Shown: positions 8,219 to 17,989 of the stretch, one piece after another
Layout of the letters: the number at the start of each line of letters is the position of its first letter
Position numbering within the stretch: position 1 is the stretch's first letter
IMG/VR virus record: IMGVR_UViG_3300029870_000003
Span: 1 to 64,000 of that record
Direction: 5' to 3' (one strand)
DNA: 64,000 bases
Source: a virus
The notes under the pieces: model-generated
What the model was told of the DNA's origin: nothing
Database searches by the model: none
The model's input: the letters and a program-made list of their open reading frames with translations, nothing else
Program-made: the position numbers and the translations under genes

Positions 8219-10217
8219 ACTTCTCAATTTTTGCGGCATCCGCAATGCAGAGTACGAGTTTGGTGATGAACTCACCATCATCAAGGGAAAGAACGGATTG
8301 GGCAAGAGTACCATCGCAAATGCCATCCTCTACACCCTCTTCGGCAAGGACATCAACGGCAATTCGCTCGACATCAAGACGTTCGATAAAGACCACAACA
8401 TCATCAAGGAGATTCCTCATGAGGTGGAGCTTACGGTTAGAATGCTCTACACAGGTACGGAACCAGCGTTTATGAGCGAAATCGTCTTGAAGCGCACGCT
8501 GACAGATTCGTGGAAGGGCGAAGAATGCAGAAACACTTTCAAGTACTTCGTGAATGGCGAGATTTCCACCGCAAGCGATTTCAAGGACGTAGTGGATTCC
8601 ATCTGCCCAGAAGACGTTTTCCGTCTCTGCTCATCAACCCGAGATTTCGTTTGCCGCCCTTGGCAGGAGCAGCGCAACAAGTTGCAGGCACTCGTCGGCA
8701 ATATCACCACCGATGATATTGCGCAGGGCGACGAGAAGTTTGATTTCGTGGTCGAAGCCCTTAAGCAGCAGGACATCGATAAGTACGTTCATCACCTCAA
8801 GTACTCTCGCAAGGAAGTGCAGGATCAGCTTGATTCCGTGCCTATCCGCCTTGAAGAGTTGAATAAGTCACTGCCCGAAGCGCAGGATTGGGAAGCCTTG
8901 ACTACCGAGAAGGCTCAACTCAACGATAAACTTGTGTGGTATGCCAACAAGATTCAGGAGATTCGTACTGGCGGTGCCGACAAGGTGCGCCTTGATGCCA
9001 TCCGCAAGAAGATAGACTTTGCTGAGAAGCGCAAGCGTAACATGGAGCAGGGCGCATTGAACCTCTTTACCGAGGTTACAACCAAGCATCAGAGCGATGT
9101 TATTAACGCCAATACAGCCGTATTGGTCGCTCAGCGCCTTGTAGATGATTTGAAGGCAGAAATGAAGGGTCTCAACGATACCAAGATTCATGCCGGAAAG
9201 CAGAAGGAGGAGTGCGAGAAGCAGGCAAACGAAATCAATCAGAAGACGGATGAAGCGAATGCCAGCACTTGGGAGTGGAATGCTGAGGATGGCATCTGCC
9301 CGCATTGCGGTCAGCCGCTTCCTGCCGAAGACGTGGAGCGCATCAAGAAGGAATCTGAGCAGAACTTCAACAACCGCAAGGCTAACACATTGAAGAAGCT
9401 TGATGAAGACTTTGACAAGTTGCAGGAAACATACACCAACTTGAAGAAGATTCTCGAAGATGCCGACAAGGACATGCAGGACAACATGAACAACATGACT
9501 GCAGCGCAGAAGCAGTTGAAGGAAGCCGAGTTCAAGAAGCTGGAGGTGGATGCAGACAAGCCGAAGACCTACGAGCAGATTCTTGCCGAGAAGGAAGAGT
9601 ATCAGCAAGTAGTGAAGGAACTTGCCGACTTGCAGGCTGAACTCGACAAGCCATCCGAGACCAGTTCGGAAGAGACCGCCAAGATGCTCACTGAACTCGA
9701 AAAGAAGCGTGAGCCTATCGGAATCCGATACAATGAGGTGCTCGAATTGCTTGGCAAAAAGGAAGCCTTCGACCGCATCACCGCTCGCATTGCAGAGATT
9801 AATGAGGATAAGTTGACCTATCAGACTCAGCTCGATGAACTTGACGAGCAGCTTGATGTGGCAAGAGAGTACAACCAGAAGGCAGGTCAGCTTCTCGAAG
9901 ACCGAGTAAACGAGCATTTCCGCTTCGTGAAGTGGTCTATGTTCAAGACCAATCTCAAAGGCGAGCGTGAAGCCACATGCGAGTGCTATCACGATGGTGT
10001 GCCATATCGCCGACTCAACACGGCTGCAAAGGTGAATGCAGGAATCGACATTGCCTACACCTTCGCCAAGTACAACGAGATTGAGGTGCCAATGCTGCTC
10101 GACGAGTGCGAGAGTGTGAACCACCCAATTTGTCGTGGAGGTCAGCAGATCAGAATGGTAGTAACCACCGATGATGAGTTGAAGTTTGAATATCCAGCCC
10201 CTACGGTTATGGAGTAA
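8190..10217 (+). CDS. Rad50/SbcC-like SMC ATPase with CxxC zinc hook (675 aa)
   Basis: N-terminal Walker A GKNGLGKST (AAA_23-like); long coiled coil; central CPHCGQPLP hook; C-terminal Walker B/D-loop PMLLDECES. Confidence 0.7.
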   Translation: MKQIQFKKLRLLNFCGIRNAEYEFGDELTIIKGKNGLGKSTIANAILYTLFGKDINGNSLDIKTFDKDHNIIKEIPHEVELTVRMLYTGTEPAFMSEIVLKRTLTDSWKGEECRNTFKYFVNGEISTASDFKDVVDSICPEDVFRLCSSTRDFVCRPWQEQRNKLQALVGNITTDDIAQGDEKFDFVVEALKQQDIDKYVHHLKYSRKEVQDQLDSVPIRLEELNKSLPEAQDWEALTTEKAQLNDKLVWYANKIQEIRTGGADKVRLDAIRKKIDFAEKRKRNMEQGALNLFTEVTTKHQSDVINANTAVLVAQRLVDDLKAEMKGLNDTKIHAGKQKEECEKQANEINQKTDEANASTWEWNAEDGICPHCGQPLPAEDVERIKKESEQNFNNRKANTLKKLDEDFDKLQETYTNLKKILEDADKDMQDNMNNMTAAQKQLKEAEFKKLEVDADKPKTYEQILAEKEEYQQVVKELADLQAELDKPSETSSEETAKMLTELEKKREPIGIRYNEVLELLGKKEAFDRITARIAEINEDKLTYQTQLDELDEQLDVAREYNQKAGQLLEDRVNEHFRFVKWSMFKTNLKGEREATCECYHDGVPYRRLNTAAKVNAGIDIAYTFAKYNEIEVPMLLDECESVNHPICRGGQQIRMVVTTDDELKFEYPAPTVME

Positions 10218-10247
10218 ATGAAGCAGAATTTATCAAAAATATAAATC

Positions 10248-11198
10248 ATGGCAGAAACAGCAGTAGCAAAGCAGCCATCGCAGAAAGCGTTGGCGGTTAA
10301 GAATTTCCAGGCGGTAATGAACAATAGCTATTACCAAAGCCTGTTGCAGAACACTTTGAAGGACAACAAAGGCGCCTTCACCACCAGTTTGATGGAGTTG
10401 TTCACTTCCGACCCTCAGCTGATGCAGTGCAACCCTAATGCGCTCATGGGCGAGGCAGTAAAGGCAGCAGGATTGCGATTGCCTATCAACAAGCAGTTGG
10501 GGCAGGCATACATCGTGGTTTTCAAGAACAAAGATAAGGCAACCGGTCAGCTCGTTCCTACACCAACCCTTATCATCGGAACAAAAGGCTATATCAACCT
10601 TGCTCTTCGCACCAATAAGTATATCAACATCAACAAGGGAACCGTCTATGAAGGCGAGTTCCAAGGTTTCGATAAGGTGACAGGTTCACTTGACATCAGC
10701 GGAGAGAAGATTTCCGATGTTCCAGTAGGATATTTCGCATATTTCAAGCAGAAGTCTGGCTTCGAGAAGATTATGTACATGACTATTGATGATGTATGTA
10801 AGTTTGCCAAGACCTACGCTCCAACCGTCAAGTTCTCAAAGATTACTTGGCAGGAATTGAAAGAACTGGCTATCAAGCAATCCGTGGAAGGCGAAGGTGG
10901 AGGTCTAGGATGGTTTGCTGGTTTTCAGGACATGGCAGAAAAGACCGTCCTTCGTCAGCTTCTTTCCTCATGGGGCGAGCTTTCTGTTGATGCAGCGCAG
11001 GTTATCAATGCCGATGAGCGACCTTCTGCCATTCAGCAGCGTGACGAGGAGTTTGCCGAGGATAAGAAGGTAATCGTGGTTGATGCCGAGACTGGAGAGG
11101 TTAAGGAGCCAGCAAATACAGAAGGTACTCTGTCTGCAACCGCTTCCGCAGCATCCATGCCAGCCGCACCAGCATCATCACATCGTAAATTGAACTAG
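10248..11198 (+). CDS. recT: RecT-family single-strand annealing protein (316 aa)
   Basis: NPNALMGEAVKAAGLRLPINKQLGQAYIVVFKNK core, compare RecT ...MQAAQLGLEPG...AYLLPFGNK. Confidence 0.7.
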   Translation: MAETAVAKQPSQKALAVKNFQAVMNNSYYQSLLQNTLKDNKGAFTTSLMELFTSDPQLMQCNPNALMGEAVKAAGLRLPINKQLGQAYIVVFKNKDKATGQLVPTPTLIIGTKGYINLALRTNKYININKGTVYEGEFQGFDKVTGSLDISGEKISDVPVGYFAYFKQKSGFEKIMYMTIDDVCKFAKTYAPTVKFSKITWQELKELAIKQSVEGEGGGLGWFAGFQDMAEKTVLRQLLSSWGELSVDAAQVINADERPSAIQQRDEEFAEDKKVIVVDAETGEVKEPANTEGTLSATASAASMPAAPASSHRKLN

Positions 11199-11199
11199 T

Positions 11200-11925
11200 A
11201 TGAAGCTAATCATCATTGGTTCTTCATCAAAAGGCAATTCGTATGCCCTTCAATCGGATTCAGGAGAAATCCTGCTGATTGAAGCAGGCATACCCTTGAA
11301 AGAGGTGAAGAGAGCTATCGGTTACAAGACGAGTAAGGTAGAGGCATGCTTGTGTTCTCATCGACATTCAGACCATGCCAAGTATATCAAGGAGTATGAC
11401 AAGGCTGGAATTGTAGTTTATTCTAACGCCAACGTATCGCAGCATTTCCCTAATTGTGTAAGAACTTTGGGTTGCGAGTGTACTCATTGTTTTGGTGAAT
11501 TTAGTGCCACACCTTTTTTTGTAAAGCATGATGAGGATGCACCAAATTACGGCTATCTGATTCGTCATAAGGAAATCGGCACCATCTTCTTTGCCACGGA
11601 TTGTTACAATCTGAATTTCGTTATCCAAGGTTGCAATACCTATCTTGCAGAGTGTAACTATTCGGATGAACTCCTAGACAAGGCAGTGGCAGAAGGCAAG
11701 ACTCCACGAAGTCAGGCTGATCGTATTCGCTTATCCCACATGAGTCTCGAACATGCCGTTTCGTGGTTGCAGGATTGCAAGGCAGAGCATTCAGCCCACC
11801 AAATCATCCTCATTCATGGTTCCGCCCGTCACCTCAACCCGACCAAGGCAGTAAATAAATTCCAACAGGTCTTTGGCATACCAGTATATTATGCTCAGAA
11901 AGGACTTGAAATCAATCTAAAGTAA
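11200..11925 (+). CDS. MBL-fold metallo-hydrolase (241 aa), likely the nuclease partner of the recombination module
   Basis: HxHxDH motif SHRHSDH plus downstream His/Asp ligands (ATDCY, LIHGS); starts 1 nt after the RecT stop. Confidence 0.65.
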   Translation: MKLIIIGSSSKGNSYALQSDSGEILLIEAGIPLKEVKRAIGYKTSKVEACLCSHRHSDHAKYIKEYDKAGIVVYSNANVSQHFPNCVRTLGCECTHCFGEFSATPFFVKHDEDAPNYGYLIRHKEIGTIFFATDCYNLNFVIQGCNTYLAECNYSDELLDKAVAEGKTPRSQADRIRLSHMSLEHAVSWLQDCKAEHSAHQIILIHGSARHLNPTKAVNKFQQVFGIPVYYAQKGLEINLK

Positions 11926-11931
11926 TCAGAT

Positions 11932-12363
11932 ATGGCAGTATTCGCAAATTTGAAGGATTCGCCTACCTACATGGAGGCATTGAAAGAGATAGAAACGGCA
12001 AAGGAGGCAGGCTATAGCTTGGAGATTAAGAAGTTCCATCCCATCGCCACCAACCAGCAGAAAGCCTATCTCAACTTCATCATCACCTATCTATCCGGCA
12101 AGATAGGGCAGACGTTCTACCAGACTCTCAGCGAGATTCAGAAGAACGTAGCTCCCCACGTCTTCATGACCGGTGAATACGACAAGCACGGTTATCCAAA
12201 GTTCAAATCACTGGGCTTGCTCAATACCGCAGAAGCATCATCCGTAATCAGAAACATCATAGACTATGCACTAAGCATAGACATCATGCTTCCCGAGCAG
12301 AATGATGAACTGGCAATGAAGTATTGTCAGCGAGACATTGACTCAAACAAGGGGTGGGTGTAA
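11932..12363 (+). CDS. Hypothetical protein (143 aa)
   Basis: ORF in the early operon. Confidence 0.35.
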   Translation: MAVFANLKDSPTYMEALKEIETAKEAGYSLEIKKFHPIATNQQKAYLNFIITYLSGKIGQTFYQTLSEIQKNVAPHVFMTGEYDKHGYPKFKSLGLLNTAEASSVIRNIIDYALSIDIMLPEQNDELAMKYCQRDIDSNKGWV

Positions 12364-12387
12364 CAATAACTTAAAACAAAAAAGCTT

Positions 12388-12903
12388 ATGAAAACATTAA
12401 AGGAAGTCATTGCCGAGGCAAACAGATATGCCCCCGACAACGAAGCCTTGCGTGAAGCCTTTGTGCAAGGCGCAAGATTCATGGCAACTGGCAGGTATTA
12501 CAAGGAGAAGCCGATGTTCCCGAAAGAGGACGAGGTGGAGACCGTGGATTTGCAGGTAACGGTGCCAATAGAAGACGGCATGATTATTCCAACCTTCGAT
12601 GAGTTCTGGAATGCCTATGCCTACAAGAAGGGGCGCAAGAAAGCCGAAGAGAAATGGAATAGGCTAAAGCCGAAAGAGAAGGTAGCCTGCATGAAGGCGG
12701 TTCCTGCCTATGTTAAGAACACCATGATTCCAGGCTCGGCATCCACTGGCATCAAGAAGCAATTCAGAATGCACCCCCTTACTTACCTCAATGGGGCAAG
12801 ATGGGAAGATGAAATTTATCCAGTACAGAGTTATGAGCAACAAAGAGCTATCGACCTCACCGCAAAGGCAGCAAGAATCCTTGGTTCCGATTATCAAGGA
12901 TAA
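12388..12903 (+). CDS. Hypothetical protein (171 aa) carrying motif FDEFWNAYAYKKGRKKAEEKWNRL
   Basis: This conserved-looking motif occurs in small phage replication-associated proteins; function unassigned. Confidence 0.35.
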   Translation: MKTLKEVIAEANRYAPDNEALREAFVQGARFMATGRYYKEKPMFPKEDEVETVDLQVTVPIEDGMIIPTFDEFWNAYAYKKGRKKAEEKWNRLKPKEKVACMKAVPAYVKNTMIPGSASTGIKKQFRMHPLTYLNGARWEDEIYPVQSYEQQRAIDLTAKAARILGSDYQG

Positions 12904-13525
12904 GCCCGATTACGTCCGCCCTGTCTCCTTCTCGGATGCCATTTGCAAGAGCAACACCACCTTGCTCACCATTCAGAAGCAGGGTGGGCTACGCTCGCTA
13001 GTAGGATGGGTCAAAGGCAGACTGATAGAACTCTTCACCTTCCTCGGAGTCTTCGACATCGTTACCGAGTTCCAGATTCAGATGCTCGCCACAAGAATCT
13101 GTGCCAAATACTTCTATTGGACTACCGCCGAACTTGACTATGCATTTATCTCTTTCATAGATGGAAAGTATGGCAAGCTATATCAGCATAAGCATGGAGA
13201 AAACAATACTACCATCAATCCGCAGGAACTGATGAGAGCATTCAGCGCATACGAGAAAAACCTGCTGAAAGAACGTGGAAGGATAGAGGACGAGCGCAAG
13301 AAGCAGGAAGAGGCAAGGAAGGCAGCCGAAGACTCCAAGAAGCCGCATGGCATGGAAGCTTGGAAAATTTATTGCGAGAAGAATAATCTTGACCCATCCA
13401 CTCATCGCATTCATACCGTGGATATGAGCAAGCATGATGTTAATCAGGTGCTCTACAAGGATGAAGAAGAGAGAAAGATGGCAGAGAAGAAGTTCTATCG
13501 CAAAGACCTACGTAAACAACAATAG
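12791..13525 (+). CDS. Hypothetical protein (up to 244 aa; true start uncertain, overlaps the previous gene in another frame)
   Basis: Long ORF with a Lys/Glu-rich C-terminus; 113-nt out-of-frame overlap with 12388..12903. Confidence 0.3.
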   Translation: MGQDGKMKFIQYRVMSNKELSTSPQRQQESLVPIIKDKPDYVRPVSFSDAICKSNTTLLTIQKQGGLRSLVGWVKGRLIELFTFLGVFDIVTEFQIQMLATRICAKYFYWTTAELDYAFISFIDGKYGKLYQHKHGENNTTINPQELMRAFSAYEKNLLKERGRIEDERKKQEEARKAAEDSKKPHGMEAWKIYCEKNNLDPSTHRIHTVDMSKHDVNQVLYKDEEERKMAEKKFYRKDLRKQQ

Positions 13526-13550
13526 AATAGTTAAACAGAAAAACAAAGAA

Positions 13551-13949
13551 ATGATGAATCTAATTCAATTTGACACGATGATCGTGTTGGCATTTTTGTG
13601 GATAGCAGCAATAGCTATCATAGTCTACGACCGCATCAAGTATCGCAAGTACTACGCATCCCAAGGCAAGATGATAGTGCTTCGTATGAACAATAACTAT
13701 GTAAGAGGCATACTAGCCAACAAAGGCATCAATCTTTGCCAGTGTGCCTACTACAACACCAACAATTATCTCTACACCATTGATGGCGAAAGAGTATGCG
13801 GTTTCACCGAAGGCTGCACCCATCTGATTGAAGATGCTACCAAGCATCACCAACAAGTGATAGATTGCGGCATCAACATCAACCGCTTCGTGTATGAGAT
13901 TCAGAAGCTGCAGAAAGAGTTTGGGACTACGAATAACGTGGAGGTCTAA
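13551..13949 (+). CDS. Membrane protein (about 132 aa from the MMNLIQ start)
   Basis: N-terminal TM helix IVLAFLWIAAIAIIVY; cysteine-rich C-terminus. Confidence 0.35.
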   Translation: MMNLIQFDTMIVLAFLWIAAIAIIVYDRIKYRKYYASQGKMIVLRMNNNYVRGILANKGINLCQCAYYNTNNYLYTIDGERVCGFTEGCTHLIEDATKHHQQVIDCGININRFVYEIQKLQKEFGTTNNVEV

Positions 13950-14072
13950 TTATGGGTAATGAAGATTTAACGAATTGCATACCTTGGTATTGCCCACCAC
14001 ACTTTAAGAAGATGGTAAGGCGCAAAGAAGAATGCGTAGAAAGAATCAACTTAGAAAAAGAAAGGGTAGATT

Positions 14073-14387
14073 ATGATTGGAAACAAAAAAATCGAAGAAG
14101 CTGCAAGGCTTGACGATAAAGAATACTACGATAGATTATCTGATAATGATAAATGTTTCTTTGAGTATGGATTTAGACGTGGATATAATCGGGCTTTGAA
14201 GGACTTGTGGCATCCAAATTCAGAAGAGCCGAAGCATCATAGTTATATAATATATAAAACCGCTAACAATAATGGATTCGGAACAGAATACATAGATTGT
14301 AGTTGGAAAATGCTAACTAGATGCTTTCAAATTACGCATTGGCTTTATGTTGATGATTTACTGCCAAAGGAAGGAGGTGAACAATGA
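14073..14387 (+). CDS. Hypothetical protein (104 aa)
   Basis: ORF; stop overlaps the next start (ATGA). Confidence 0.35.
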   Translation: MIGNKKIEEAARLDDKEYYDRLSDNDKCFFEYGFRRGYNRALKDLWHPNSEEPKHHSYIIYKTANNNGFGTEYIDCSWKMLTRCFQITHWLYVDDLLPKEGGEQ

Positions 14388-14572
14388 AAGAGTTTAAAGA
14401 GCTTAAAGTAGGCGAAAGAATTACTGTTACTCTTGAAGTCGTTGAATGGGAAGGCGATTGTAAAGCTTGCTTCTTTGGCAGATCCCGTTGTTTTGTACCA
14501 TCAGGTCCTGAATGCAGTCGTAGAAATCGTTCAGACAGAAAAGATATAATCTTTAAAGAAGTTAAGAAGTAA
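14384..14572 (+). CDS. Hypothetical small Cys-containing protein (62 aa)
   Basis: ATGA-overlap coupled to the upstream ORF. Confidence 0.3.
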   Translation: MKEFKELKVGERITVTLEVVEWEGDCKACFFGRSRCFVPSGPECSRRNRSDRKDIIFKEVKK

Positions 14573-14757
14573 AGCGTATGAAACAGAAGTTGAAAATGAT
14601 ATGGCGAATCCTTCGTGACAGACAGGTTGTAGTAATAACCGAAAGTTACGGAAGATTATATTGTAATTGGGATGCAAGAAGTCTTGAAGATGTTTGCCAA
14701 ATGTGTTGTGAGACATTTGATAAAGCTAAAGAAATGTTGGATAAAAAGTAAAGAGAT

Positions 14758-15300
14758 ATGTTATACGAAGCAAAACAGGGAAGTAAGGCTTACGAATACA
14801 TTAAGGGTATTCTCGATGCCGAATTTGAAGAGTATCAAGCCTACATGAAACGAGTAGAAGAAGCCGTAGGATTTGAGTTTGAAAAATATCAGGGCTATCA
14901 GCCTAACAGAACCCTCACAAGAGTGTATGAGATTACTGCTATATGGGTTCATTCTGAGCGTTACGATACGCTAGATAAGAAGGTGTGGAAGAAGATAGAC
15001 GGTGTAAAATTGGAGGATGGTTACTATGTAGCTATTGCTCCTAATAAACGATATAAGCAAGGCAAGGCAATAGCCTCCGCTCTTCTCTCCTATAAATCAG
15101 TTACTAACCATTTCAAGGTAATGAAGGAACTGAATATAGAAGTCTCTCAAGTTAGCCGTTTCTCTATTACTCAGCTCCTCCGTCACAAAGACCGCATTTT
15201 CGTTTACTTTGATGACAGCATCCGAGCTGAGAAGTACAATCCTGATTTCAAGGAAATCACGATAGGTGAGTATGAGGATTTCATTAATAGCAAAGATTAA
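14758..15300 (+). CDS. Hypothetical protein (180 aa)
   Basis: ORF. Confidence 0.4.
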   Translation: MLYEAKQGSKAYEYIKGILDAEFEEYQAYMKRVEEAVGFEFEKYQGYQPNRTLTRVYEITAIWVHSERYDTLDKKVWKKIDGVKLEDGYYVAIAPNKRYKQGKAIASALLSYKSVTNHFKVMKELNIEVSQVSRFSITQLLRHKDRIFVYFDDSIRAEKYNPDFKEITIGEYEDFINSKD

Positions 15301-15305
15301 AGTGT

Positions 15306-15728
15306 ATGGCACACAAAGAATTTAGAAAGCCACCTCGTTATATGGTGGGCGATATAGTTTATAGTCACGGATTTATCTGTATTATCTGTAGCATCTATCC
15401 GTTCAATATAGATTATTCTTACGACTTGAAAGTTATTGATGGGCAAAGCTTGGGCAAAATTTGTCAAAATGATATTATGCACGTTCATATTTGGGAAGAG
15501 TTTCTTAAAAAGAATGGATGGACATGCTATCGCTCTGAAGGAGAATGTCTTAGATATACGTGGTATAAACACCAAGAATGCCCTTTCACTTTGCGATATA
15601 ATAATTTCTTGGGAATTTGCGGAGTATCTTTCAATGACGGAAAAGACGATACTGTTATGATAAAAGGTGTAGATGAACTCCAACATATTCTTTATGGCTT
15701 ACAATTAGATAGCAATTTAAAAATATAA
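15306..15728 (+). CDS. Hypothetical protein (140 aa), paralog A of a tandem pair
   Basis: Shares LKKNGW ... LQ.LL(Y/F)GL motifs with the next gene. Confidence 0.4.
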   Translation: MAHKEFRKPPRYMVGDIVYSHGFICIICSIYPFNIDYSYDLKVIDGQSLGKICQNDIMHVHIWEEFLKKNGWTCYRSEGECLRYTWYKHQECPFTLRYNNFLGICGVSFNDGKDDTVMIKGVDELQHILYGLQLDSNLKI

Positions 15729-15732
15729 GCGT

Positions 15733-16134
15733 ATGAATAATTTTGAATACATTCCGTTAGATTTAGTAATGACAAAAACAGAACCAAACAACTTTGTTCC
15801 AAATGGTGTTGTCTGTGAGTTTGTTTCGTATTGTAACAGAAATAAGGTATTTGTAAGAGTTGCTAAAGGCATTGATACCTTTTTCTTGGGAAAAGAGCAG
15901 ATTACTCATATACCTCTTACTTCTGAGATTCTAAAGAAGAATGGATGGAAGAAATTCAAACGTCCTTATAGCAGAGATTATTGCTACAGACGTAATGGCT
16001 ATCCAACTTTGAATATATGTTCGGAGAATGAAGTGTATTTCCATTGGGGAGACCACAATAAATACATAACTACCATGCACCAACTTCAGAACCTTCTCTT
16101 CGGTCTAGGTATTAATCACGAAATGGAGGTGTAG
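15733..16134 (+). CDS. Hypothetical protein (133 aa), paralog B of a tandem pair
   Basis: EILKKNGWKKFKR ... QLQNLLFGLGI parallels EEFLKKNGWTCYR ... LQHILYGLQL. Confidence 0.4.
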   Translation: MNNFEYIPLDLVMTKTEPNNFVPNGVVCEFVSYCNRNKVFVRVAKGIDTFFLGKEQITHIPLTSEILKKNGWKKFKRPYSRDYCYRRNGYPTLNICSENEVYFHWGDHNKYITTMHQLQNLLFGLGINHEMEV

Positions 16135-16529
16135 GTATGGAAAAGCATATTACATTATCTGACGAAGAGTTAGAATTACTCATAACAGGTTTACATTGTA
16201 TTGATGAATGTGGCTATAACGTTTATAGAAGAACATGTACACCTTGGAGTGAAGCCAAAGAGATGAAAGAAACTTTAAGAGTGAAGCTGATAAGAGCGCA
16301 ACTTAATGTTTAACGCCTTCGGGCATAAATAGAAGTAATATGAAACATAAGTTTACGGTTGTCATTGAATCTAATGATGATTCAGAGGACAGAGAAGTAG
16401 TTAAGGATTGTCTGCAAGACTGGCTTGAAATGAATTGTGGACAAGAGAAGGACTTGGGCGGCTATCCAGACTGGAAGTCAGCAGAAGTTGAGTAACTGAC
16501 ATCCTGTAAAGGATATAAATATAAGTAAT

Positions 16530-17018
16530 ATGGAACAAATTTCATTAGAAGACAAAGTTAGTAATACTTTGAAATGGCTCGCAAATCAAATTGCGTGTAT
16601 CCAAGTATATAAAAAGTGGGACGAAGAATTTAAAAAGGAAAGTCTCAATGATGCTTGGCAAAAAGTTCAAGAACAGTTTAAGAAAGATATTGATTGGAAT
16701 GCTCTTACGGAAAGTCAGTGTAAGGCTTTACATTTTGGAAGTTGGCAATCCGAAGAAGATATTGAGGAAGAAATTTCTTGTTTACAATCTGAATTAGATA
16801 AGGGGAATCTTACAAAGGAGCAATTTGACAAGAAGGTTGCCAATGAGAAAAATACTCTTGGACTTCGTTTGATTCCGCTATATCTCTATCCTTCATTGCC
16901 TATAGGTATTACCCTAACGTCTATTGGTGGAGAAGAGAGAGTTTTTGATGGCTCAAACATTAGTACAGACATTAGATTTGGATATCTTGCATGGGGTATT
17001 AAGCCGAAAAAAGATTAA
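16530..17018 (+). CDS. Hypothetical protein (162 aa)
   Basis: ORF followed by a terminator hairpin. Confidence 0.4.
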   Translation: MEQISLEDKVSNTLKWLANQIACIQVYKKWDEEFKKESLNDAWQKVQEQFKKDIDWNALTESQCKALHFGSWQSEEDIEEEISCLQSELDKGNLTKEQFDKKVANEKNTLGLRLIPLYLYPSLPIGITLTSIGGEERVFDGSNISTDIRFGYLAWGIKPKKD

Positions 17019-17026
17019 CTAACCAT

Positions 17027-17050
17027 CCTCTCCTTGACAACAGGGAGAGG
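17027..17050 (+). terminator. Hairpin cctctcc-ttgacaaca-gggagagg
   Basis: 7-bp GC stem directly after the stop at 17018. Confidence 0.4.
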
Positions 17051-17066
17051 GTAAAAAGAAGAGAAT

Positions 17067-17315
17067 ATGAGATTAAGTGAATTTAAGGCAGGAACTATCT
17101 TAGTTGATGGTGATGGCAAAGTGTTTATCCATGATGGCTTTGTTAACGCTGATGGATATGGTGTAATTATCGGTGAGGATTCTGATGGAATGATTCAGAA
17201 GTCAAATGGTATTGGTAACTGGATGAAGGAAGGCTGCTGGAGAGAAGCAACTTCACAAGAAATCATTGATTTCTTTGCCAAGGTTCGCAAGACACAGAAG
17301 ATTATCAATTACTAA
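17067..17315 (+). CDS. Hypothetical protein (82 aa)
   Basis: ORF preceded by the conserved 22-nt leader gagggtaaaaagaagagaatATG. Confidence 0.35.
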   Translation: MRLSEFKAGTILVDGDGKVFIHDGFVNADGYGVIIGEDSDGMIQKSNGIGNWMKEGCWREATSQEIIDFFAKVRKTQKIINY

Positions 17316-17490
17316 GGAGGGTAAAAAGAAGAGAATATGAAAGCAGCAGAAGCAAAAAGAAAGTTGTGTGAGATTAGAAGCAATCTTACAGACGATGAAC
17401 AGAAGCAAGCGATTTGGATAGCAATTAGAGCTATTGACACTTGCACTGAAAATGGGTTTATTGTAGAAGATTAATATAAATGTAAGTAAT

Positions 17491-17823
17491 ATGATAACGG
17501 AGAAGATATTAAAAGAGCTTGGATTTAAAGAGCATCCATCCCTTAATATTCCAGAATATTGGGATTTATGGTTATCTACAAATACCTATAATGAGAAAGA
17601 GCGTAAATTTAATAGGGTTCTTTATATTAAGATAGATTTTTCTGATACTGATAATTCTTGGTATGCTAGTAGAGATAACTATATTAAAGATGGTAGTTGT
17701 AATGTTAGATTAGGATTAGGACCAGGTGGTCCTCATGATTGTTCTGAAGAATTTCCTCTTCTTAGGAGATTAAAAGATGCAAAGAAATTAAAAGCATTAA
17801 TAGAAATTTTAAAAGGAGGATAA
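17491..17823 (+). CDS. Hypothetical protein (110 aa)
   Basis: ORF. Confidence 0.35.
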   Translation: MITEKILKELGFKEHPSLNIPEYWDLWLSTNTYNEKERKFNRVLYIKIDFSDTDNSWYASRDNYIKDGSCNVRLGLGPGGPHDCSEEFPLLRRLKDAKKLKALIEILKGG

Positions 17824-17989
17824 GCGATGAGTAAAATTAAGGAAATATTAAGTCAAGCATACAATCAGCTTGACGAGTACAATAAAGGTGGTGCTACTCA
17901 GCATATCCTTCTTTGGAAGGCTATGGGTAATATTGAGGATGCACTTAAAGAGTTGGAGGATGAATAAGAAACAATTTAAGTAAGTAACT

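Noticed and set aside
8868-10124. Minus-strand 418-aa ORF
   Set aside because: It is an antisense shadow of the SbcC-like ATPase gene (a Leu-rich translation of GAG/CAG-rich codons).
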